DNA of 32,000 nucleotides from Actinomadura macrotermitis (lineage in GTDB: Bacteria > Actinomycetota > Actinomycetes > Streptosporangiales > Streptosporangiaceae). The DNA is taken from NCBI RefSeq assembly GCF_009604375.1, contig NZ_WEGH01000002.1, positions 364,073 to 396,072 of the forward strand, written 5' to 3'. Of this stretch, positions 23,839 to 31,313 are shown piece after piece (the first letter of the stretch is position 1; every line of letters starts with the position of its first letter). A program made the position numbers and the translations under genes. The notes below the pieces were generated by a model. That model did not search any database and had not been told where the DNA came from. It was given only the letters and a program-made list of their open reading frames with translations.

Positions 23839-23880
23839 ACATTGCCTGAGACCGGCGAGTTCCGACCACCCCGATAAAGA
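23839..23880 (-). promoter_or_regulatory. degenerate copy D of the shared element, facing the nine-gene operon
   Basis: The minus strand reads TCTTTATCGGGGTGGTCGGAACTCGCCGGTCTCAGGCAATGT, followed by 9 nt and then ATG 23829. TTATCGGGGTGGTCG resembles TAATCAGGAATGGTCC of copy B, and CAATGT resembles CAAAGT. Confidence 0.35.
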
Positions 23881-23965
23881 GGGGTGGCGCTCGGGAGAAC
23901 ACGCGCTTTTCAGCCAGGGGCCGGGGCGGTGCGGGAGCGTAGCACGCGCCCTGGTGAACGAACAC

Positions 23966-24010
23966 CCCGGCTAATCAGGAATGGTCCGCACAAGCGGAGC
24001 CCGGCAAAGT
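23966..24010 (+). promoter_or_regulatory. copy B of shared upstream element (CCCGGCTAATC-N24-CCGGCAAAGT)
   Basis: Sequence CCCGGCTAATCAGGAATGGTCCGCACAAGCGGAGCCCGGCAAAGT ends 47 nt before ATG 24058. Confidence 0.5.
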
Positions 24011-24057
24011 CGATTTCACGCCGAGCGCCAGAATCAACCCTTCCTGGAGATCTTCCG

Positions 24058-26640
24058 ATGCTATATGACCCACCGGCGGCGGTCATCGCCCCGGCCGGCA
24101 GAATCGACCGCTCCCTCCGGGCAGAGGCACGCCGCACCGCATTTCTCTTCCAGGACGGGGTGATGCTGGCCTCCGCGGTCCGGGCGCTGGATGCGTTCGG
24201 GCTGCTCGACGGCGCACCGTACGGCAAGGGCGACCTCCCCGACAGCGGATATCTGCGCGCTCTCTGGCGCGGCCTGGCCGCCGCCGGCTGGATCGACCCC
24301 GCCCCCTCCCCCGCCTGGACCGAACGCGGCCGGAACGCGCTTCGGAACCGCTCGCGCTATGTCGCCGGCGGCCGGTTCCTCGCCCGCTTCGACGACAACG
24401 CGCCCGACTCCTGGGCCAGGCCCTGGGACGGCCCGGCCGAAGCCGCCTTCGCCGAAGCGCTCGACACGCACGAGACGTGGCGCCGCACCGCCGACCCGGA
24501 CGCGCCGGGCACCGTCCACCTCGACGCGCCCCTCGCCCTTCCCGCGATCCTGACGCTGCACGGGACGGGACGCCTCCACCGCCCCGGCGGGGACTTCGCC
24601 CGCCTCTTCCGGCTCCTCGGCTGGCTCGGCCCCGACGGCGCGTGGACCCCGCGGGGACGGGCGGGTCTCGACTTCGCCGGCCACTGCGGCCTCATCGGCT
24701 CCTACCTTCCGATGCTGAGCCGGCTGGAACCGCTGTTACGCGGCGAGCTGCTCGTCGTCCCGGGGGACGGCGAGTGGCACTGCCAGCGCCGGATCAACGT
24801 CGAGGCGAGCTCGGCGGCCCACCGGCGGTATTTCACCGACGCCGACCCCGTCATCAGGGAGATCTTCCGGCGCAGGCCGCGGCCCGCGTTCATCGCCGAC
24901 ACGGGGTGCGGCGACGGGAGCTGGCTGGCCCACCTGCACGGCATGCTCGGCGACGGCATCCGCTACGTCGGCATCGACGTCAGCCCGGTCGCGCTCGACC
25001 GCGCCCGTGCCGTCCTGGAGGCGGCCGGCGTGCCCGACCCGCTGCTGCTGCCGGGGGACGTCACCGACCCCGACGCGCTGGCGAGGCTGCTCACCCGGCA
25101 CGGGCTCGCCATCGAGGACGGGCTGCACATCCGGTCGTTCATCGACCATGACCGCACCTATGCCGGCGGGGACCCCGCCAGCGGCGCACCCGGCCGGTCC
25201 TCAGGCGCCTATGTCTCCCCGGACGGCGCCCCGCTGAGCCCCGCGCAGATCGAGTCGGACCTCGTCCGGCATCTCCGGCGCTGGGCGCCCCACGTCCGCG
25301 AGCACGGCCTCGTCGTCCTGGAGGCGCACAGCGTGGCCCCGCGCCTGGCCCGGCGCCACCCCGGCGCACTGCACTCGGTGGCCCTGGACACCTATCACGC
25401 CCTGTCCCACCAGTACCTCGTGGAGCACTCCGCGTTCCTGCACTGCTGCCGCCTGGCGGGGCTGGAACCCGTGGGCCACCTGGAGCGCCGCTACCCGAGC
25501 GGCCGCCCCTTCGTTGCGGTCTCCCTCAACCATCTGGTGCCCGCCAGGCCGTTCCCCCGCCACGAGCCGGCCGAGCGCCGCGACACCTGGCAGCCGGAGC
25601 CGGGCACGGACCTGGCCGACGGCCGGAAACTCCACGATCTGCTGTTCACCGGCGGTGACCTGACCCGGCCCCGGGGGTGGTGCGCCGGAGCGACCGGGAT
25701 CGTCGTGCGGCATGTGCTGGAGGCCGTGGAGTCCCGCATCGGGCAGGTGCGCCCGGGCGACGCCGTCCGGGTGCTGGACTACGGCGCGGGAACCGGCCTG
25801 GCGTCCATCGAACTGATCAAGGCGTGCGCCGAGCGGGACGTCCCGGGCCGGCTGGCCGAGCGCGGCGCCTCCCTCGAACTGCATCTGGTGGACATCCCAG
25901 GCAGTTGGTTCGCGCAGGGGTTCGCGCTGCTGCGCGACCTGTCATGGACGCGCTTCCACGCGTTACGCGGCGCCGATGGCCGGTTCCGCCCGCTCCTCGA
26001 CGTCACCGCGGGCCGGCAGGTGGACGCGGTGCTGGCGAACATGGTCTTCCACCTGCTCGACGACAAGGCGATGCGCAAGGCCGTGCCCTCCATCGCCGGG
26101 GTGCTGCGGCCGGGAGGCGTCCTCGCGTTCAGCGCGCCCGACCTCGCCGCGCCGGCCGCGGATTCCCTGCTGTTCCACGACGCCAACCGCCTGATGCGCA
26201 GGTACTGGCTCGCCGCCCTTGACGACGAGCGCCCCGAAGCCCTCTCCCCCGTCCTGAGGGAGGCGGCGGCGAGCGTTCGCGGCGTGTCGCGCTCCAGCGC
26301 CCAGCGGCGCGCGGACCGCCGGATCCTGCCGAGACCGCGGCACGGCGACGCGGTCGCCGCGGAGCTGGCACCGTACTTCGCCGGGGCCGTCGAACGCCGT
26401 ACCTACGAGATCCTGGCCGAGGAATGCCTGATGGCCGCGCTCGTTCCGGCCAACCAGCGGGAGTATCTCGCGGAGATCTCCGACCCGGTTCTACGCGAGG
26501 AGGTGATTCGCCATCTCCTCCTCGACCGGGTGCTGCCCGAACTGATGGACGGCCCCGCCGGAACGGCGCACGGGCTCAACCTGGAATGGAAGATCGGCCG
26601 GTTCACCCGAACGGCCCCTAGCACACATGCGGTCGAGTGA
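24058..26640 (+). CDS. 860-aa protein with two class I SAM-methyltransferase domains in tandem plus an N-terminal ~250-aa domain
   Basis: ATG 24058 is preceded by GGAGA-N8. MT motif I number 1 is FIADTGCGDGSW (24889-24924); number 2 is VLDYGAGTG (25771-25797), followed by VLRPGGVLAFSAPD. The 23884 start in the track lies within promoter-like sequence. Confidence 0.75.
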   Translation: MLYDPPAAVIAPAGRIDRSLRAEARRTAFLFQDGVMLASAVRALDAFGLLDGAPYGKGDLPDSGYLRALWRGLAAAGWIDPAPSPAWTERGRNALRNRSRYVAGGRFLARFDDNAPDSWARPWDGPAEAAFAEALDTHETWRRTADPDAPGTVHLDAPLALPAILTLHGTGRLHRPGGDFARLFRLLGWLGPDGAWTPRGRAGLDFAGHCGLIGSYLPMLSRLEPLLRGELLVVPGDGEWHCQRRINVEASSAAHRRYFTDADPVIREIFRRRPRPAFIADTGCGDGSWLAHLHGMLGDGIRYVGIDVSPVALDRARAVLEAAGVPDPLLLPGDVTDPDALARLLTRHGLAIEDGLHIRSFIDHDRTYAGGDPASGAPGRSSGAYVSPDGAPLSPAQIESDLVRHLRRWAPHVREHGLVVLEAHSVAPRLARRHPGALHSVALDTYHALSHQYLVEHSAFLHCCRLAGLEPVGHLERRYPSGRPFVAVSLNHLVPARPFPRHEPAERRDTWQPEPGTDLADGRKLHDLLFTGGDLTRPRGWCAGATGIVVRHVLEAVESRIGQVRPGDAVRVLDYGAGTGLASIELIKACAERDVPGRLAERGASLELHLVDIPGSWFAQGFALLRDLSWTRFHALRGADGRFRPLLDVTAGRQVDAVLANMVFHLLDDKAMRKAVPSIAGVLRPGGVLAFSAPDLAAPAADSLLFHDANRLMRRYWLAALDDERPEALSPVLREAAASVRGVSRSSAQRRADRRILPRPRHGDAVAAELAPYFAGAVERRTYEILAEECLMAALVPANQREYLAEISDPVLREEVIRHLLLDRVLPELMDGPAGTAHGLNLEWKIGRFTRTAPSTHAVE

Positions 26641-26644
26641 CCAT

Positions 26645-26689
26645 CCCGGCTAATCGCGGATTGTTGCCGAAAGCGGCGTCCGGCAAAGT
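26645..26689 (+). promoter_or_regulatory. copy C of shared upstream element (CCCGGCTAATC-N24-CCGGCAAAGT)
   Basis: Sequence CCCGGCTAATCGCGGATTGTTGCCGAAAGCGGCGTCCGGCAAAGT ends 48 nt before ATG 26738. TTGTTG lies 17 nt upstream of CAAAGT. Confidence 0.5.
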
Positions 26690-26737
26690 GGCTCTTGCGG
26701 CGGAAACGCTTATGAGGAGCCTCGGCGAGGAGATTCC

Positions 26738-27943
26738 ATGACCATGAATTCCGAGGTGCGCGAATATCCGTTCATCGGCGAGCCGGCCGGGGTCGAGGTG
26801 GATCCGCTCTACGCCAGGCTGCGCCGCGAGGAGCCGGTCTCCCGCGTCCGGCTGCCCTACGGCGGCGAGGGCTGGCTGGTCACCCGCTACGAGGACACCA
26901 AGAAGGTGTTCGCGGATCCGAGGTTCAGCCGCGCCGCGACGGTGGGCCGCGAGGACGTTCCGCGGACCACGCCGGAACCGGCGAGCGGCGGTTTCCTGCT
27001 GAGCATGGACCCGCCGGAGCACAGCAGGCTGCGCCGGCTGGTCGCCAAGGCGTTCACCAACCGCAGGGTCGAGCGGCTCCGGCCGCGCGTCCAGGAGATC
27101 GTGGACGCGCGGCTGGAGGAGATCGAGCGGTCCGGGCCGCCCGCCGACCTGGTGCGCGGCCTCGCGCTGCCGCTGCCGATCACCGTGCTCTGCGAGATGC
27201 TCGGCGTCCCCCCGCAGGACCAGGACCGGTTCCGCGACTTCTCCGACGCGATCCTGTCCACCACCGCCTACACGCGCGAGGAGATCTTCGCCGTGCGCGA
27301 CGCCCTGCTGGCCTACCTCGCCGGCATGGTGCGGCAGCGCAGGGAGCACCCGGCCGACGACCTGCTCGGCGCGCTGGTGGCCGCCCGCGACGAGGGGGAC
27401 CGGCTGAGCGAGGAGGAACTGGTCAACCTGGGCGTCGGGCTGCTGATCGCGGGCCACGGGACGACGGCCAACCAGATCTCCAACTTCACCTATGTGCTCC
27501 TCACCCGCCCGGACCGCTGGGACCTGCTGCGCGACCGGCCCGACCTGGTGCCCGGCGCGGTCGAGGAACTGCTGCGCTACGTCGAGTTCGGCACGGGCGG
27601 CTCGTTCGCCAGGGTGGCCACGGAGGACGTGGAGGTGGGCGGTGTCCTGGTACGCGCCGGAGAGGCGGTGTTCGTCAACGCCCAAGCCGCCAACCGGGAC
27701 GAGTCGGTCTTCGACCATCCCGACGACGTGGACCTCACCCGCCGGCCCAACCCGCATCTGACGTTCGGGCACGGCCTGCACCACTGCCTGGGCGCGCAGC
27801 TGGCCCGGCTGATCCTGCAGGTCGCGATCGGCTCGCTGCTGCAGCGCTTCCCGGCGCTGCGCCTGGCGGTGCCGGCCGACGAGGTGCCGTGGAAGACCGG
27901 CCTGCTGGTGCGCGGGCCGAACGCCCTGCCGGTGAGCTGGTGA
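26738..27943 (+). CDS. cytochrome P450 monooxygenase (I-helix AGHGTT)
   Basis: RBS GAGGAGA. ExxR (EELLR) and heme loop FGHGLHHCLGAQLARL are present. 401 aa, followed directly by a ferredoxin gene. Confidence 0.92.
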   Translation: MTMNSEVREYPFIGEPAGVEVDPLYARLRREEPVSRVRLPYGGEGWLVTRYEDTKKVFADPRFSRAATVGREDVPRTTPEPASGGFLLSMDPPEHSRLRRLVAKAFTNRRVERLRPRVQEIVDARLEEIERSGPPADLVRGLALPLPITVLCEMLGVPPQDQDRFRDFSDAILSTTAYTREEIFAVRDALLAYLAGMVRQRREHPADDLLGALVAARDEGDRLSEEELVNLGVGLLIAGHGTTANQISNFTYVLLTRPDRWDLLRDRPDLVPGAVEELLRYVEFGTGGSFARVATEDVEVGGVLVRAGEAVFVNAQAANRDESVFDHPDDVDLTRRPNPHLTFGHGLHHCLGAQLARLILQVAIGSLLQRFPALRLAVPADEVPWKTGLLVRGPNALPVSW

Positions 27944-27951
27944 GGGGCGCC

Positions 27952-28182
27952 ATGGACGGGCGACGGTGGCGGGTCCAGGTCGATCGGCGCACCTGCATCG
28001 GCTCCGGGCTGTGCACCGCGATCGCCGAGGAGCACTTCGCGCTGGTCGAGGGGCGCTCCCGGCCGGCGGCCGAGGTCATCGAACCGGACGACGCCGTCAT
28101 CGACGCCGCCGACTTCTGCCCGGTCGAGGCGATCCTCGTCCGCACGACGGACACCAGGACCGTCCTCGCCCCCCAGCCGTGA
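27952..28182 (+). CDS. small [3Fe-4S]-type ferredoxin (P450 redox partner)
   Basis: The pattern CIGSGLC...(~40 aa)...CPVEAI matches the actinomycete P450-linked ferredoxin pattern. GAGGGG lies upstream. An in-frame GTG at 27940 is an alternative start. 76 aa. Confidence 0.8.
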   Translation: MDGRRWRVQVDRRTCIGSGLCTAIAEEHFALVEGRSRPAAEVIEPDDAVIDAADFCPVEAILVRTTDTRTVLAPQP

Positions 28183-28225
28183 CCAGCGCGCCCGGTCGTC
28201 GCGCCCGGCCCGGAAAGGATTCCCG

Positions 28226-29464
28226 TTGCCCTTTGACGAACGCGTCCTCACCCCCCGCGAGTCGATGATCGTGGCGTCCGGAGCCAGTCCGGCGTTCATC
28301 ACCGTCACGGCCGAGGGCGGCCTCGACGTCAACGCGCTGGACCGCGCGATGCGACTGCTCGCCGACGCCCATCCGATCCTGCGGACACAGATCGCCCGGA
28401 CGGACGGCGGGAGGTTCGTGCTCCGGGTCATCGCGGGCCGGCCACCGCTCGTGCTCCACGAGGACGGCACGACGTTCAGCGACGTGGTCGGCACGCCCTG
28501 GCGGGTCGGCGAGCGGGCGTCGCGCCTGGTCGTCCTCCGCGAGGGGCGGCGCTGCACGATCGTCCTGGCGATCCACCACGCGGTCGCGGACGGGCGGCTG
28601 ATCACCGCGCTCCTGCAGCGGCTCGTCGAGTACTACGACGCCCTGACCCGCGGTGTCCCGGTGCCCGTCGTCCACCGCGACGACCTGGACCCACCGCTCG
28701 AAGAGGTGCTGCGCCGGGCGGGGCCCCCGCGGGCCGCCCCGCCGCCGCAGACCGCCCCGCCCCCGGAGATCGCCACGCTGGCGCCGCAGTCCGCGCCGGC
28801 GAACGGACCGGTGGGCTTCGGCTTCCGCAACCTCCCGTTCGACCGGGAGACCACGGCCCGGTTCATCGCAGCGGCCAAACGGCACGGGCTGTCGGTCGGC
28901 AGCCTGGTCGCGGGGGTCATGGCGGCATCGCTGCGGGCCCTGCACGAGTCCGGGGAGCCGCTGGTGCTGGCGCTCTGCCTCCAGGTGGACCTGCGCGGCC
29001 GGCTGACGCCGCCGATCCCGCCGGAGGCGGCCATGAGCGCGGTCGGCAGCGTGATCATCAACCTGCCGGTGCCGCCGGGCGCGTCCCCGGCCGAGGTGGG
29101 CGTCCAGGTGGACGGCGAGATGGAGGTCGCCGCGGAGCGCGCGCTCCACCAGGCGCGGCTGCTCGCGGCCGGAAGGCTGGACCTGCCGCGGACCCAGGAG
29201 ATCTCGGTGAGCATCTCCAACCTCGGCCGGCTGGCCTTTCCGTCCACCGCCGGCGACCTCCGGTTCGGGACGATCCGCTCCGTGGCCACCATGCCCTTCA
29301 TGCGCGTCCCCGCCCTGGTCTCCAACACCACGAACGGCTCGCTGAACCTGGACCTCATCTACAACCGCGCGTTTTTGACCGACGAGCTGGTGCGGCGCCT
29401 GACACGGGAAATCGAGAACCGCATGGCAGCGCCGGCCGCGACGGGTGCGAGTTCCCCCGTCTGA
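28226..29464 (+). CDS. stand-alone condensation-domain-like acyltransferase (PapA5 / HHxxxDG family)
   Basis: TTG start at 28226, 6 nt after GGAAAGGA. Catalytic motif IHHAVADGRL (HHxxxDG) at ~residue 118. The N-terminal layout resembles PapA5-type transferases. 412 aa. Confidence 0.72.
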   Translation: MPFDERVLTPRESMIVASGASPAFITVTAEGGLDVNALDRAMRLLADAHPILRTQIARTDGGRFVLRVIAGRPPLVLHEDGTTFSDVVGTPWRVGERASRLVVLREGRRCTIVLAIHHAVADGRLITALLQRLVEYYDALTRGVPVPVVHRDDLDPPLEEVLRRAGPPRAAPPPQTAPPPEIATLAPQSAPANGPVGFGFRNLPFDRETTARFIAAAKRHGLSVGSLVAGVMAASLRALHESGEPLVLALCLQVDLRGRLTPPIPPEAAMSAVGSVIINLPVPPGASPAEVGVQVDGEMEVAAERALHQARLLAAGRLDLPRTQEISVSISNLGRLAFPSTAGDLRFGTIRSVATMPFMRVPALVSNTTNGSLNLDLIYNRAFLTDELVRRLTREIENRMAAPAATGASSPV

Positions 29465-29496
29465 GGCGTTCCCTTCCCTACAGCTGGGAGACAACT

Positions 29497-30666
29497 ATGC
29501 AAGTCACAATGGAACAGGCCGAGCTTCTCATTCTCGCCGCGGGCGGGCGCGAAACCGAACTCGCCGCCGCCATCGAGGAGGTCGGGGCGAAGGCCGTCTG
29601 CTCCCTCGCCGTGGAAGAGCTGGTGTTCCGCTGCCGGCTGCCGTCCAACAAGACCCACGTCCACGTCCGGCTCGACCTGCTCCACGGCGGGGAGAGGTTC
29701 ACCCACACGATCGGCGTGCAGGCCGGCCGGCCGGTCACTCTGGTCGAGGGCGAGCCGGACACGGCCATCTTCCTGCTGGAGTTCGAGCTCGCCGAGCTCG
29801 TCCGGAGCCTCTACGGCCCGCTGCGGGAACGCCGCCCCGGCACGCACCGCAGCAGGCTGCTCGTGGAGCGGCCCACGGCGAAGGCGTTGTACGACGGGCC
29901 GCTGCGCGGGGACTGGTACTCGGTCGGACGCGCGGTCGACACGGTGCTCAGCGGCTGCTCCGCCGGGCCGTCCGACCTCGGCGAGCTGTCGGTCCGGCAC
30001 GGCACCGACAAGTGGGGCACCTGGCACTGGTACACCCCGCACTACGAGCGGCACCTGCGCGCCCTGCGCGGCGAACCGGTGCGGCTGCTGGAGATCGGGA
30101 TCGGCGGGTACGACGACCCCGGCCTCGGCGGCTGGTCGCTGAAGATGTGGAAGGCCTACTTCCCGCGCGGCCTCATGACCGGGCTGGACGTCTTCGCCAA
30201 GCACGGGCTGGACGAGCCCCGGCTGCGCACCGTGCGGGGCGACCAGAACGATCCCGGTTTCCTCCGGGCGTTCGGCGAGGAACACGGGCCGTTCGACGTC
30301 ATCGTGGACGACGGGAGCCACGTCAACGAACACATCCTCACCTCGTTCGAGGCGCTGTTCCGGTACGTCCGGCCGGGCGGCTTCTACATCATCGAGGACA
30401 TCTGGACCGCCTACTGCACCAAGTTCGGCGGGGACGAGAGCCCCGTCTCCCCGCCGACCACGTCGATCGGGATGCTCCAGGCGCTGCTCGACAAGCTGCA
30501 CTACCAGGAGCGGCCGGGCGAGGCGGGCGACGACATCGCCCAGAGCGTGGTGGGCGTGCACGTCTACCACAACATCGCGTTCATCGAGAAGGGCCACAAC
30601 GCCGAGGGCGGGATCGCGCCCGCGGTCTCGCAGCTCTTCGAGTCCTCGCCCTCCACACCGCGATGA
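29497..30666 (+). CDS. SAM-dependent O-methyltransferase, MycE/TylE/OleY-like deoxysugar O-MT with N-terminal auxiliary domain (tentative)
   Basis: HGTDKWGTWHWYTPHYERHL, LLEIGIGGYDDPGLGGWSLKMWKAYFP and DVIVDDGSH match my recollection of that family. RBS GGGAGA. 389 aa. Confidence 0.65.
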   Translation: MQVTMEQAELLILAAGGRETELAAAIEEVGAKAVCSLAVEELVFRCRLPSNKTHVHVRLDLLHGGERFTHTIGVQAGRPVTLVEGEPDTAIFLLEFELAELVRSLYGPLRERRPGTHRSRLLVERPTAKALYDGPLRGDWYSVGRAVDTVLSGCSAGPSDLGELSVRHGTDKWGTWHWYTPHYERHLRALRGEPVRLLEIGIGGYDDPGLGGWSLKMWKAYFPRGLMTGLDVFAKHGLDEPRLRTVRGDQNDPGFLRAFGEEHGPFDVIVDDGSHVNEHILTSFEALFRYVRPGGFYIIEDIWTAYCTKFGGDESPVSPPTTSIGMLQALLDKLHYQERPGEAGDDIAQSVVGVHVYHNIAFIEKGHNAEGGIAPAVSQLFESSPSTPR

Positions 30667-31313
30667 TGAAGATCGAGCCGATGTCCGTCCTGGACGCCTA
30701 CCGCATCACCCCGACGCATCTGGAGGACCGGCGCGGCAGCTTCTACGAGTCGTGGCGGTTCGAGGAGCTGGCCTCCCATCTCGGCCGCCCGTTCGTGGTG
30801 CGCCAGGCCAACTTCTCGGCGTCCAGGCGCAACACGCTGCGCGGCATTCACGGGACCACCAGCCCGCCGGGCCAGGCCAAGCTGGTGACCTGTGTCAGGG
30901 GGGCCGCGCTCGACGTCGTGGTGGACCTGCGCGTGGGCTCGCCGACCTTCGGACGGTTCGACATCACGCCGCAGGAGGCGGAGTCCGGCATCGGCGTCTA
31001 CCTGGCGGACGGGCTCGGCCACGGCTTCCTGGCGCTGACGGACGACACGTGCATGAACTACCTGTGCGACACCGAGTACGTCCACGGAACGATGCTCGAC
31101 ATCCAGGCGCTGGATCCGCAGCTGGGCATTCCGTGGAATCTGGACGGTGAGCCGATCAGGTCGGACAAGGACGCGGCGGCGCCGACGCTGGCCGAAGCGG
31201 CGGCGGCGGGCCTGCTGCCCCGCTACCGGCCGGGCGGCACCCTACCTGGGGAAGAGGAGGCTCATGACGGACGGACGCGTCCCGGTCCGGTTAGGGGTGA
31301 TCGGTTGCGCTGA
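30663..31313 (+). CDS. dTDP-4-dehydrorhamnose 3,5-epimerase family (RmlC-like NDP-hexose epimerase)
   Basis: RGSFYESW, LRGIHG (catalytic His) and GLGHGFLALTDD cupin motifs are present. ATGA overlap with the preceding stop. The 3' end overlaps the next gene by 50 nt. 216 aa. Confidence 0.85.
   Translation: MMKIEPMSVLDAYRITPTHLEDRRGSFYESWRFEELASHLGRPFVVRQANFSASRRNTLRGIHGTTSPPGQAKLVTCVRGAALDVVVDLRVGSPTFGRFDITPQEAESGIGVYLADGLGHGFLALTDDTCMNYLCDTEYVHGTMLDIQALDPQLGIPWNLDGEPIRSDKDAAAPTLAEAAAAGLLPRYRPGGTLPGEEEAHDGRTRPGPVRGDRLR

Noticed and set aside
23884-24057. GTG 23884 as the start of the tandem methyltransferase
   Set aside because: This segment contains the conserved promoter-like element (23966-24010), has lower GC3, and has no RBS. 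ATG 24058 has GGAGA at the correct spacing.
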